A stretch of 64,000 nt of DNA from Octopus vulgaris (Eukaryota). Below the pieces are notes generated by a model, which made no database searches, was not told where the DNA came from, and saw nothing but the letters and a program-made list of their open reading frames with translations. Where the stretch lies: positions 115,940,001 to 116,004,000 of the forward strand of contig OX597819.1 in assembly GCA_951406725.2 (NCBI GenBank). The letters are read 5' to 3'. The translations under genes and the position numbers were made by a program. This document shows positions 1-14,090 of the stretch, one piece after another (position 1 is the first letter of the stretch; each line of letters begins with the position of its first letter).

Positions 1-238
1 AGAACTCCACAAACACGTGTACCCTTAACGTAGTTCTTGGGGAGATTCAGCGTGACACAGTGTGTGACAGGGTTGGCCCTTTGAAATACAGGTACTACTA
101 ATTTTGGCCAGCTGAATGGACTAAAGCAATGTGAAATAAAGTGTCTTGCCCAAGGACACAACGCGTCGCCGGGAATTGAACTCACGACCTTACGATCATG
201 AGGCGAATAATCCCTAACCACTAAGCCACGCGCCTTCA
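1..238 (-). mobile_element. tRNA-derived CORE-type SINE (3' part runs off the window start)
   Basis: Minus strand reads GGCGCGTGGCTTAGTGGTTAGGG (A box) ... GAGTTCAATTCCC (B box), then the CORE-like GTGTCCTTGGGCAAGACACT. Confidence 0.8.
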
Positions 239-400
239 CAAACTGTAGTGACACATACGTATTAAACAACACTGGATGAAAGAGATTTAATCACTGATTC
301 TCTGAGTTAGAACTGATCTCTGGTTAAACATCATATTCATAATAGTCACTAACTTTATTAACGGAATAACAATTTCAGTTGGTAAGTGTAGCTATTAATA

Positions 401-557
401 GCAGCAGCAGCAGCAGCAGCAGCAGCCGCAGTAGCAGTAGTAGCAACACCATAGACAGGATTTGAAATCAAAACCAAAATGTAACGACATGATGTGATAC
501 ACTTTGCATCATATCTATATCTATCCCGAGATACACTACGATTAAAGAGAAACATTA

Positions 558-613
<56 letters not shown>

Positions 614-614
614 T

Positions 615-656
<42 letters not shown>
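401..656. repeat. (GCA)n tract (~401-427) and (TAC)n tract (~559-656)
   Basis: Trinucleotide arrays read directly; they explain the poly-Ala/Ser/Leu ORFs. Confidence 0.95.
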
Positions 657-883
657 AAATAATTTCTCTCATATCTTGTATTATCACAATGGTGTATAAA
701 TACATATATATATACATACATATATATATATGTATGTTTATACTCACACATGTATACACTCACACATGTATACACACACACCACACACTCATGTGTGTGT
801 GTTTGTGTGTTTATGTATACATATGCGAGTGTTTGCTCCTCTTTCTTTTTCCTTTCTATATATTTAAATATAGAATACATGCT

Positions 884-930
<47 letters not shown>

Positions 931-1644
931 TTGTATATATATTTGTGTACACACGCGTTTATATTTATAGATACACGCAGACATACACATATTTATACGC
1001 ATAAACATATATATATATATATATATACAATTAGACATGCATATATATTATAAGCATATAGGTGTACATACACTCACATAGACATGCACCCACAATCATA
1101 CATCGACATACAAGCACTCCCTACCGCAGATAGATATACACATGTATAGTTATATAAAGACAACTAGTGATAACGCTTTGCCAATTAGTGCAAAATTTAT
1201 TTTTATTCTTTTTCTTCTAAGACATCATTTTACGATATAAATGTTAGTTTTACTTATTATCACCTACCTGCAAATATTTAACCGTGTTTATTAAATGGCA
1301 ACACTGACAGAAGTAAGGCATTCAGGAAAGTTTGCATTTCAAAGATATTTCGCGAAACTTATACCATGGTTCTTATGTTTACAGTTCATTTCTAGCAATT
1401 AAATTTCTCTTGATGCACTGAATATGATTTTATGTTCGTGTTTAAATAAATAAAAAAAGAAAAGAAAACACAACAAAACAAAGCAAAATACAAAACACAA
1501 GCATCAATTATAGATGGAGTTCACAAATATATGTGAACTACAAGCGTAAATACTTAGGCATATCGCTATGTTTGTGTATAGATGTATGTGTATATGCATG
1601 TGTTTGTGTATCATTACGTATGCGCTACGTTAAATACGTAACTA

Positions 1645-2006
<362 letters not shown>

Positions 2007-2793
2007 GTATTTCGGTACATATATGTGTGCATGTGTGTGTTTGAATATACATATAGTTAGGCATATGAATGCAAGTGTTGTCTGTATAGATCAATATATT
2101 CAAATGTAATGTGGATGCGCATTTAGGCATACATATATATACATATATACATAAACACATACAGAAAGCTGCCAATTATGTAAACTTGGTCTGCGACGAC
2201 ATTTTGAGCGACAAGAATGAGCTGTATAACGAACATGCTGTACCCACATATATGTGTGTATACATTTACGTATATCATACGCACACAGTCTCAAACACAC
2301 ACAAACACATACACAGACACACATGCATACACATGCATATATATATATCTATAAACGAATGCGTTCACATGCTCGGCAACAACGCTTACGTGCTACTCAA
2401 AAACCGCTATAATTAGGCATTTAAGCTCGATGAGACCTTTTTCAATAGGATGCTGAATAAATGTTCGTACAACTGTGAATCTCTTGGAACTACAGTATTA
2501 AATATATCAAATATATATAATGAGTTATAAACGGATATAGTCAGCTTGAGATGCATGGTATAAAATGAATAAGCGGAATTCTATATCATAGCAATAATCT
2601 ATCGTTTGAGAAGCTCAGAAATTCAGAAATTCACATGAGAGTTTAAGAGATAGACTTCCCTTGCACGGTCATCGGCTTCGCTTAGACGTACATACATACA
2701 CACACATACATATATGCATACACATATATACATATATGTATATACATATAGTATATATGTGTATACGCACACACACTGACACACGTACACATA

Positions 2794-2844
<51 letters not shown>

Positions 2845-3094
2845 AAGTAGCGTTGCACGAAATATTCGCATGCGAAATCCTGTTTTCAAAATTTGAATGT
2901 AATCGGACGTGTTAAGACCTGTCGCTGCAAGAATGGTCCCGTGTGAAAATTCTCCACCATGGCTTGTGTAAATACACATTTCATACTGAGGTACGAGTGA
3001 TGCGCACGATACCTGTATCTGCGTCTTCCTAATTTGTCGCATATTTCTATACATACATAAGTGCATATATATATATATATATGTGTGTGTGTGT

Positions 3095-3287
3095 ATAAGG
3101 AGAGTTTACGAAAAAAAAACAAAAGACGAAGACAGGTGGTGTACAAAACAAACAGATGTATTAGTATAACGCTCAGGAATAGAAAAAGTCTTTTACGTTT
3201 CGAGCCTACGCGCTTCTATAGAAAAGGACACAGAAAAAACAAGGAAAGAAAAAATGTGTGTAGTGGCTAACGATCAATCATGACGAC
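3095..3287 (-). mobile_element. Penelope-like pseudo-LTR fragment (family H1) with a degenerate hammerhead motif at ~3190-3226
   Basis: Minus strand: TTTT CTATAGA AGCGCGTAGGCTC GAAA CGTA AAAG, then a CCTGAGCGT tail resembling those at 30036, 35670 and 46080. Flanked by microsatellites. Confidence 0.5.
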
Positions 3288-3320
<33 letters not shown>

Positions 3321-3322
3321 AG

Positions 3323-3684
3323 AAAGTGGGACTCCGGGCACGACAAACCCTGTAATTCACATATGCAAAACATATGTTCACAGATAACCACCAGACTTCG
3401 TTTTCGTTATCTATTCCTTCTGTTTTGCATATGTGAATTACAGGGTTTGTCGTGCCCGGAGTCCCACTTTGATAGAAATAAGCATTCTTGACTGCTATTT
3501 CTATTTTTTCGGTATGCGGTCAAGCAACCTGTTGCCTGTCCCTTTTTCTTATATACAATATATATACTGAACTTTACAGAAGTTCCTGCCGGTAATCGGC
3601 TATATTTACATACCGAATTCTACCAGTAAATAATTGTGTTTTTTTAAAAACCTTTATAGAAATTATTTACTCTTATTATCTTAT

Positions 3685-3690
<6 letters not shown>
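3323..3690. repeat. Island in (TA)n starting with a perfect 50-bp inverted repeat (3323-3372 / 3421-3470)
   Basis: AAAGTGGGACTCCGGGCACGACAAACCCTGTAATTCACATATGCAAAACA and its exact reverse complement, 48-bp spacer, (TA)n on both sides. Confidence 0.85.
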
Positions 3691-3747
<57 letters not shown>

Positions 3748-3749
<2 letters not shown>

Positions 3750-4148
3750 GAAAAATACAAACTGGGACAAGAACGTAAAACATTTAGAAGACGATACAAA
3801 AAACACGGACGGGACATTCGAAGCCTTTAATCTTCAGTCAAGAACCGGATCATCCTAGCAATTTCGGCTGATTAATCTTGAGATCGCTCCGATCCGGCCA
3901 GCCCCAAGGAAAAACTAAGCTACGAGCATTAGATTTCTTGGAAAAAGGATCGAATGTATACGAAACAGGGACAGAAAAACGGACGATGCCACACGAATAT
4001 AAAATACAAAAACAATAAAGTAAAATCAGGACAAAAACAGCGGCTGTCTTACGACTAATAGACAGTACAACTTAGTTTAGCTGGCGTATTTGGAAAAAAA
4101 ATGCCTTTTTCGGCAGACGAAGACAATGATGTTCTCATGGCACTGGTT
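3748..4148. mobile_element. Interspersed non-coding repeat in TA-rich microsatellite, copy 1 (copy 2 at ~54025-54378)
   Basis: Highly similar to 54025-54378, e.g. the shared block ATCGCTCCGATCCGGCCAGCCCCAAGGAAAAACTAAGCT. No ORF. Confidence 0.8.
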
Positions 4149-4474
4149 ATATATAAACCCTTACGATCTACAGATAAATTATGTAAGGAGAATTACGTAA
4201 TTTGTTGATAGTAAAACAATTGTTTATGATTAATATATATTTTCGTTACTTTTCATTTGTCTTGCTCGCTTACGTTTCTGGTGTGCTAAATTTTTCTGGA
4301 GAACAATTCTTAGTGGTTAAGACTATAGCGGATCTTCTTCTTTCCCCTCTTATATTTATGTATGAAATACTATTTACTGAATCTCAGTTTTTATACGCTA
4401 GACCACTGCTGTTAAAATTGATGTTATCAAATTAATATCCAATTTTCCAATTTTTCTCCCTGATTTTGATTTTA

Positions 4475-4505
<31 letters not shown>

Positions 4506-4507
4506 TA

Positions 4508-4628
4508 TCGTGGCACTCCGTTGGTTATGACAACAAGGGTTCCAGTTGATCCGATCAATGGAACGGCCTGCTCTTGAAATTAACGTGCAAGTGGCTGAGT
4601 ACTCCACAGATACGTGTACTCTTAACGT
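4508..4628 (-). mobile_element. 3' fragment of the same SINE family as 1-238
   Basis: ACTCCACAGATACGTGTACTCTTAACGT matches ACTCCACAAACACGTGTACCCTTAACGT at the window start. Confidence 0.65.
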
Positions 4629-5555
4629 GGAACCCAAATATTGGACTTCTTAACAAGTGCAAGATATTTTAAGTGATTTTCAATTGTCGTGTGTGATACA
4701 TTTAATCTCTCAACAATCTCTCGCACAGCTATATGAGAATGAGATTCAATTATGGCTTTGATTCGGTCATCATGAACTTCCGTAGGTCAACGCGTTGGTC
4801 ATATATCTCCAAATCGGAATTATTTTAACCATTTCTAACATGTGCGTTCTGCTTAGCAATCAACACAATAGATTTCACATATCTCTATATGAGGCTCAGC
4901 AGCTTTCTTGCCTTTACGGAAATAAAAGAGCAAAATATGGCCAAAATGTTCGTTTTTGCACTCCATGTTAAAATTGATACTAAGGTAAAAGAATTGACAC
5001 TGAACTAACAGCTGTAAGCAAACTTTGCTTCTAAATTTGCTTCTAAAGTAAGCTAAAAGTAACGGCTATCAAATGTCGAAAGGAAAAAAATCATAACATT
5101 GACAAAATTTATTCAACAACATCGTAATTCTATCTATTTACGAAAAACGAAATTACTTTCTTGCCAACCAAAGATATGTATTTAATATTTTATTTGTTTG
5201 GTCGAACTAATGGACCCAAGGCAACAAACACAGGAATAAAGACAGACACGCTCGCACACACGCATACTTAGACACTGTACAATCACTTATACACACATAC
5301 ATACAGGCATACATACATACCCCCCACACACAAACATGCACATCTTTATTGTACGTGACAAAATTGATAACTCTTCTGACAGAGTCTTTCGAACAGTTAT
5401 CAATAATGTCATGTGAATAGGCGGCACGAAACCGAGGGTGACATTCTGACCAGTTAAGATACCATAACGAGAAATATTCTGCTCGACGATGAATAGAAAT
5501 ATAACCGCTCAATTGTTCATACTGGGTTTGTTTTTAATTCTGACTTATTGACAGT

Positions 5556-5655
<100 letters not shown>

Positions 5656-5770
5656 ATATATACGTACATACATGTGCGTGCGCGTGTATATCTGTATACA
5701 CAGATATATACATATTTATATATATTCATATATACACATATAAATATATATGTATATGCATATATATCTA

Positions 5771-5816
<46 letters not shown>

Positions 5817-5827
5817 CACACGTACAC

Positions 5828-5894
<67 letters not shown>

Positions 5895-6437
5895 ATATGT
5901 ATGTATATATATTTATATACATATATATATATATGTATATATACGCATGTGCGTATATATTATGCTTGTGTGTATTTGGTTATTTGTTTACATACTTATT
6001 CATTCATTAATCAGCAAAACACTCTATCTTTTGTGTTACAAATTTCGTGATAAATGGTAAGACAAATTGGGAATGTGTTTTTTCTCGAATAAATGGATGT
6101 AAATTTAACGTTAATATTCTTTTACAAAAAAATATATTACTGGATTAGGTATTTGCAGGCTGGAAAACGGAACACATAATATAAATTGCGGCAAATAAAT
6201 TATATAAATACAAAAACCTAAACTAAAAAAATACTATAAAAATACCCGGAGGATATACAATTTGTATTGCAATTTGCAGTTAGTGAACTTCTAGCCAGAT
6301 TTAGAACTTTCATTTCCTGACTTCCCAAACTACGAACTTGTCGAGTGTTTCATAAACGCCTTTCATCTCCCGTGCAATTGATAATATCGCAAAATATAAA
6401 AGCCCTAACCATCGCCAATTATTGATTTCAGGCTTAC

Positions 6438-6487
6438 TAACGGGCGTGGAAGATTCTCCACTCGTCCCCTCTGCAGTATTCATTCAT
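6438..6487 (-). other. Candidate short coding exon (MNTAEGTSGESSTPV or MNEYCRGDEWRIFHAR) followed by a GTAAGC donor
   Basis: ATG-initiated, locally GC-richer 46-50 nt stretch in repeat-free DNA, ending at GTAAGC (6437-6432). No homology recognised. Confidence 0.2.
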
Positions 6488-7930
6488 CTTCGAAAACAAA
6501 AAAAGCGACTAATATTAGTCAATATTTGGTTTCTTTCGGTCCAATCTTTGGTTATTTCAGTTGATTTCTCAGTTTTATATTCATATAAAATTATAATTCT
6601 TAGCTCATTTTATTAAATTGTTACATCGGGTATGGACACTTTTAATTCTTCTGCCGTTCTAGATATGAAACTCTGCGCTTCAATGACCTTAAACATGGAT
6701 GCTCCTTTCTTCGGGGTTTATGATCTGATCTGAAGTTCAAACTAAAAGAAATCACTGCACTCACGATTCGCATTCTTAGTTTCTTTGTCCACTTCACAAA
6801 GCCAATTAACATACTTCCTCGATTAGCAGAAGCTATTAAGAAAGGAAAAAAAAACATGTTTTAAGAGCTCGAAAACGTTAACAAACGAAGCCATTTTCAG
6901 AGAGTGTGCTGTACTGAATGCAAAATAAAAAATATAGTTCCATGGGAGAATAATAAGTCTGTATGTTAGCTTTGTTGCGGTAGCATCTTCAGTTTTATTT
7001 GACCAATGATATTTGAAGAGCACTGATTAAGTTGATTTTAAGAACCATACATTATCTCAAACGAACGATGCAGTATATTATATTACTAAACATACATTAT
7101 TCTACTATAAGAATTTAGTAGAATTTGTTTGTTCTGTATAAAAGCAGTTATATCTATATGTGTGTATGTATGTAAGTATGTTTGTGTATTTATGCATTTA
7201 TCGTTCACCAATGCATATAAGGAAAGTATCTTAACATCAGCGAAGGCACGGTTCGCTTTGAAATGAAATGCGAATAGTGAAACTGGGAAGCAATGATTGC
7301 CCTGTTTCAAAACAGCAAAGAACGACGCAATTATACACATTGCAATGAATAAATAAAAATTGGCCAGCTGTAGGTTTGCATCATGAGACAGTTGTCCATA
7401 GTGCTACAGAATAGAATCGAAGCTGCGACCATGTAATTGCGGAACGAAATTCTTTGGAAAACGCTTTTGCCTACGAGTATTGCGGAAAAAAGGATGTATT
7501 TTTATTGCAAAAGCAATTTATTTCTCTTTTCTCTGTTCACCTTTGCTAATAGCAACCTATTATGTCAAGGTTTAGTTCCTCACTCTATTTTATCCCGCTA
7601 ATGCTGTTGGCAGCTGTGACAAACTTAGATATTACAACGTTCCGGCTTTGAATTATGGTGCCAGCAAAGCAGCTTAATTTTCCAACACATTACTTGCCAG
7701 TAATGAAATTGGTGGCTACTATCACGAACACCCCCATCACGCACGCACGGACACACACATACACACATGAACGCATACGGAGGTACATGAACGCACATTC
7801 ACATATACATCTACTTGATATATCTTTAAAGGCGCTTATACTCACATCGCAATTTTATCCTTTAAAATGGGAGAGATATCATTCATTCTAATTTAGAGCC
7901 ACAGATATAATTCGCAGCACTTACAGCAAC

Positions 7931-7967
7931 ATGTGTATGTATGTATGTAAGTATGTTTGTATGTATG

Positions 7968-8001
<34 letters not shown>

Positions 8002-8111
8002 TGTATGTATGTATGCATGTATGTATGTATGCATGCATGTATGTATGTATGTATGTATTATGTATGTATGTTTGTATGTATGTACGCATGCATGCATACA
8101 TGCATGCATGC

Positions 8112-8143
<32 letters not shown>

Positions 8144-8426
8144 GTGTGCATACATGTATGTATGTATATATATGTATGTATGCATGCATGCATGTATGTA
8201 TGTATGTATGTGTGTGCATGCATGCATGTATGTATGTATATATGTATGTGTGCATGCATGCATGCGTGTATGTATATATGTATATATGTATGCATGTTTG
8301 TATGTATGTGTTTGTATGTATGTATTTATGTATGTATATATATATATATATGTATGTATATATGTATCTGTTTGTCTGTCTATATATCTCCTTCTTTCGC
8401 TCGCTCTCTCTCTCTCTCTCTCTCTC
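7931..8426. repeat. (TATG)n/(CATG)n compound microsatellite plus (CT)n
   Basis: Read directly. Confidence 0.95.
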
Positions 8427-9225
8427 AGTACCTGCACCTACGTTTATATATATAATTACATATTCATCTACACATCAACATAAATATACATAGGTATGCG
8501 TATACATACAGACATATAAATACATATTTATTCTACTACGTATCTATATGTTTATCTATCCACTGCTCCTAAAGTTGCATTACTAAATACACACATTCAC
8601 ACACACATACACAGGCGCAAACACACACACGCACACACATACAAACACTCACTCACTCACGCATACATTAATTCGTTTCCCGTACACCAGTTTTCATTCA
8701 CACAAGCGCATATTAGCAGTAATGCAAAACGTGTAAATGGCAATAGGTCGGCGCCATTCATCAACTTCACGCCAACGTGTTATGGAGTTTGACAAGTGAA
8801 AATCGAGCGAGAGCATCTCTGTTGAAACAAGTGAAATATATGACATTTTTCTGTAGATTCATCACTAATTTAAACGTATCAATAACTGCAGTGAAATGCA
8901 AAAATGCTGTTCTTCTCTCTATAGAACAGATATTAATGATTTCTATATAGGCACAGATTTTAGTGGGAAGAAGCAGGTGTTTAAATTGCTAGTGCGCTTG
9001 ATTAATACATATTTAATTAATCCCAGGGGGTTGAATGGTAGAGTCAACCTGAGCGAGATTTAAACTTAGAATATAGACAGAGGCAAAGAAAAGCAACACG
9101 GGCTATTAGTTCCATGTTCCGATCTTCATAATCTATCGCCATCGTAACAATGTCTATTAGTGTCACCATCGTCTATTCAGACGTACAATAAGGAAATGAG
9201 AAAAGTATTTCATAATAGGTGCGTC

Positions 9226-9536
9226 AATCTATCTGTCTATCTGTCTATCTATCTGCTTTCTATCTGCTCTATCTGTCTGCTGTCTATCTGTCTATCTGTC
9301 TGTCTTTCTCCTTCTTTCTTTCTTTCTTTCTTTCTTTCTTTTTTTCTTTCTTTCTTTCTTTCTCCCCTTCTTTCTTTCTTTTTTTCTTTCTTTCTTTCTT
9401 TCTTTCTTTCTCTCCTTCTTTCTTTCTATCTTTCTTTCTTCCTTCCTTCCTTTCTTTCTTTCCTTCTTTCTCTCTTTCTCTTTTTCTATCTTTATTTCTT
9501 CCTTCCTTTCTTCCTTTCTTTCTTCCTTCCTTTCTT

Positions 9537-9585
<49 letters not shown>

Positions 9586-9607
9586 TTTTTCTTGCTTTCT
9601 CCCCTTC

Positions 9608-9683
<76 letters not shown>
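9226..9683. repeat. (TCTA/TCTG)n - (TTTC)n - (TCTA)n compound microsatellite, ~300 bp of nearly pure pyrimidine
   Basis: Read directly. Confidence 0.95.
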
Positions 9684-10546
9684 CCGAGCTACCTAGCTGT
9701 CTATCGATCTGTAGGTAGACAGATAGATATAAACGAGGTGGAGGAAAATAACTTTTACAGTGTATTAGGGCATAAGCACAATATTAAGAATTACACACTG
9801 TTCTTAATCAACGAACCACGAAGAATAAAACACCTTCATCAAAACCAGATTAAAGTTTTGAACATGTAAATGCGCTTTAGCGACTGTGCTTCAATTTGAC
9901 TTTACCTTTGGAAGACACTAAATCGCGTGGCCGCATAGTTTCGTGGCAGACTGCTCGCCATTGGCAGAACATCGATTTTTTTTTCCCGCAAATACTAAAC
10001 CACGTTGCAAACCACCTTTTCGTCTTCCAAGGGTATAATCAAATGTAATCACACCTGCTAAAGCATACTAGCGGTTTCAAAGGGTTAAGCTTCTCCATAA
10101 ATCTGCCCATCACTCTTTGCTGCTCTTTTCATGTAGATATAGGTTCGAATTAGCCTACTCCAAAAGTGTTCTTAATCAATTTGGGGTCAGGCACATGGAA
10201 GTAAAACCTTCGTCCTGATAATAGTTGATGTGACTAACTACACTGAGGTAAAAGAATTAGACAGCAACAACAACAAAAACAACAACGGAAAAGACTAACA
10301 GGCAAAAGACAACATCCAATGTAAGCTGAAGAAAGACATGGGGTGGAAAGCAGGACTAATATCCTGTAAACCCCGACAGGAAACCAACCTGAATGAAAAC
10401 AAACAACGGCGCCATCGGTCTGTTTTAAAAGCAGAATCATAGTCAGATTTAACTGGATTAAACCAATGCTGATCCGCAAACATCAACTGAAATAAATTAA
10501 TTTAAATACAGGTGAAACAACAAGTATAATAGATGATTGATAAAAG

Positions 10547-10776
10547 GGCGGCGAGCTGGCAGAAACGTTAGCACGCCGGGCGAAATGCGTAACCGTATTT
10601 CGTCTGCCGTTACGTTCTGAGTTCAAATTCCGCCGAGGTCGACTTTGCCTTTCATCCTTTCGGGGTCGATAAATTAAGTACCAGTTACGCACTGGGGTCA
10701 ATATAATCGACTTAATCCCTTTGTCTGTCCCTGTTTGACCTCTCTGTGTTTAGCCCCTTGTGGGCAATAAAGAAAT
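10547..10776 (+). mobile_element. tRNA-derived SINE family A (Meta-type central domain), full length with TSD
   Basis: GGCGGCGAGCTGGCAGAA ... GAGTTCAAATTCC ... GACTTTGCCTTTCATCCTTTCGGGGTCGATAAATTAAGTACCAG ... AATAAAGAAAT. Flanking TATAAT(A/G)GATGATTGA at 10525-10540 and 10778-10793. Confidence 0.9.
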
Positions 10777-11269
10777 ATATAATGGATGATTGACTATGTT
10801 ATCTCCTTCTTCGCAGTCGTTGCCAATACCAGGTGTGTATTGGAACTCGATAGAATTAACAATTATGTTTCTTGAGCAATAGGCGAATATTTCGACTTCA
10901 AATCAGAGGAAAAGGAGTGTAAACATATTACTAAGACAGGACGTGACAATGAATTGGCCATAATGATATGGAACGTGTTTATTCGAACTGACAAAGAATT
11001 TCAACGCAAAACATACGGACATGCCGCAAACATGATCCGACAACATACGTAAAATATTCTTTCGAATGCAGTATAGCGCTGAAAATAGCAGAAATGATGG
11101 AAATTCTACTCTTATAGAACGGAGGAAAAGGCTGTCAGCAGACAACCACTGTACTCGAACCCGAACTTCCCAGATACAGGCTGAATTATCTACCGTTATC
11201 GTAGATAATTTTTAGTCAAATGAATTAGCTCCATTAATTATTTCTTTTTAAACCTGCTATTTATTATAT

Positions 11270-11367
11270 CCGTCTCTTCAGCCGAAGCGCTAAGCTGCAG
11301 GAACCTAAAACGTCAACACGAGAGAACAAAACAAACAAATACAAAGACAAGCGCTAACACATGCACC

Positions 11368-11412
<45 letters not shown>

Positions 11413-11585
11413 ATGTATACGTGTGTGCGCGTGTATGTGTGTGTGTATGTGTTTGTGTGTGCACGTATGACAGGCTTCAGTTGCTGTCTACCAAATCCTC
11501 TCTGAGGCTGTAGTAGAAGACACTCGGAGACTGAACCCGTAACCCTGTGGCTGGAAAGCAAACTTCTTACCATACAGCCACGCAT
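11270..11585 (-). mobile_element. Degenerate SINE family B (CORE-type, internal microsatellite)
   Basis: GCTGTAGTAGAAGACAC and GGAAAGCAAACTTCTTACCATACAGCCAC match family B at 58918-59378. Confidence 0.65.
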
Positions 11586-11599
11586 ATGTATGTGCATGT

Positions 11600-11631
<32 letters not shown>

Positions 11632-13364
11632 ATAAGTTCATATACATGCATATAAGTATAAATACATAATTCATATGTATTTATACACACATACAGAAAT
11701 ACACACAGGCACATATCCCCAGATATATATGGAAGCACAGATTCACGCTCGCGTATCTACACGTATTATTAAGTACTTTTTTTGATATATTTTCTTAGAA
11801 TGAGAAAGTCATATTAATAACCAACCACAGCAATTTATTCGTTAATATAGATAAAAACAAATACGCCAGGAAAATTAATAATCTTCCTGAATGATATCAT
11901 ATTGATATGAATTTCAGATGATAATGAATTTTAATTTATAATTAAGCTTTCATGTTTTTAATGCTGCAGAGATATAAATGAAATCTACTTCAATTTACGA
12001 CGTAGAAAAAATATTTATTTCGGCTAATTTCTATAGAACTTTTAAAACCCACCACCAGCATAACACTCTACGATCTATAATTTTCCGGATAAGTTTATCA
12101 ATATAAGTCTTATAATAATTAGATACAATTATTTAACAGTTCACACATTACAGGTATACACACTCCCTGCAAAATAGAATTACAGACCATTTCAGTATTT
12201 AAACATGTACATATTTTCCTAACGGAGATTTGGGAGATATTTTTCTAACGGAGATTTGGGAGATAAATTCCAGCAAGCCTTATTGATTCTGTTTGAAAAT
12301 TCTAAAAAGCCATAAACCAGGCACGGTTTCGCAGCATAAGGAAGTTATTCGTGGAGCTTGTGGAAGAAATTAAACCCAGTATCTAACACATTCACTTCGG
12401 ATTTGGGAAACAGCTTTAGAAGGATCTGAGAAAAAAATCCAGTTATTAAAACTATACTCTATATTGGACCATGCCACTAAGAGGTATTTTATATTTTGTA
12501 GCATGATCATGCTCTTTCCTGTGGGGACTAGGGTCATTCCAATTTAGAGGTCCCAGAGAAGTCATCATGTATAGAGCTGATCAGGTCCACCAGCGCTCTC
12601 TATCACTCGCAGTTCCGTACCAGCACCTCGGCATTATGCAAGATGATGTCGAGCCTCGGGTGCCTATGCGATTCACTGAAGAGAACGTACTCGTATTGAC
12701 GCTGTGTTCTCCGCATTTGCTAATTTTTGCCAATGTATAATGCCTGATACTCTTCTCACTGTGCGAAAGAAATTCTCGCAAATAATTGCCCGATCTGCAA
12801 TTAATAGCAGCCAAATATACCTCTAAATATCTTTAAAATGAGGTAAAAAAACATAAATCTTAGATGCATCCTCTCCACTAAAAACGTAAATCATAAGTCT
12901 GCTCAACCAGGATTGGTTTGGGTCTTAGCAACAGAAATCTATAATTTATCATTACACTCACGTCATATCATTTACTATAGATAGTATGGGAAAGTTGAAA
13001 GATTAAAGGAAGTAATGAATAAATAATGCCCTTCCCATGAACATCTACCATAGTTAAAAATTTAAGATGAGACGACTTTACAATTCCGCTTTTGAAAAAT
13101 CAATATACTAAACCAAATGCTGATATTAATAATGGATATATAAATAATTTAGTAGATGAAATATATAGAACATTATAGAAACATATTCACCATGATAAAT
13201 AGTACAAAATTACCAATTAGTAAAATCAATGAAATAAGATATAAATTGTATTCTATGAACCTAATGGTCCTGATAAGAGAATAGATTAACACAAAAATTC
13301 AGCAAACAGATCGCAATATCATATTAATGGATAAAATCGCTTCATTTGTATTAATATACTTTTA

Positions 13365-14090
13365 TCTGATCAAGAAGTATCCGGACTGTTGCTATAGTAA
13401 CGAAGCTAAAGCACGCAGAGTGAAGCCGTTCGACACAGACTGATCTTGAACTCTGCTTTTAACATTCTAGCTCATTTCCGTGGTTTACAGCAGTGCTCGG
13501 AAGGAAGATGTGTAGCATGTGAGCGTCGCATTGACCATAACAGACAAAAGTTGAGCGGAGAATCTACATCGAATTTGCCAAAAGCTTGGCGATACCTGCT
13601 CAGAGGCCTACGCAAAGTTTTCAAAAATTTTCATCGCTCTCAACACAATCAAGGACATTTTGTGCAACTGAAACCCGAGTGTCTCTTTCGTCAGCTGAAA
13701 GCAGTTTTGGCACAGACTTGACAGACACGCATCTCATACACAAAACTTCTGTGATAATGGACTGAACTGAACTGTTACGAATCTGCACAGCCTCTGATAA
13801 CTCACGGATGGTAATTCGACGATATCCCCTCAGAGCTGCACGCATATCTGCGATGTTTTTCTTAGTTCTGGAACTCCCAGAACGTTCGTCAATATCAACA
13901 TGTTTTCGGTTATTTTGGAAACGTCTGAACCACTCGTACACTTGTGTGCGGTTCATTCACTCCTCTCCATATACCTTCAGCAACTTTGCGTAGGCCTCTG
14001 AGCAGGTATCACCATGACACCTTTCTGTGTCATGGTCAATATGCACCTTCATTCCAAGCACTGCTGTAAACAGCGGAAGTGAGCTAAACA
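13365..14090. mobile_element. Mariner-derived fold-back relic made of two transposase 5' halves in inverted orientation
   Basis: Minus ORF 13621-13956 (RTQVYEWFRRF...DERSG...RRITIRELSE...VPKLLS) is a mariner N-terminal HTH region. 13591-13619 is the perfect reverse complement of 13982-14010. Confidence 0.8.

Noticed and set aside
3815-3845. SECIS-like hairpin in the 3748/54025 repeat
   Set aside because: The helix is too short, and there is no associated ORF with in-frame TGA.
12211-12262. 26-bp tandem duplication and a nearby Tc1-like CACTCCCTG terminus
   Set aside because: The duplication is real but ordinary. I found no matching second TIR or transposase.
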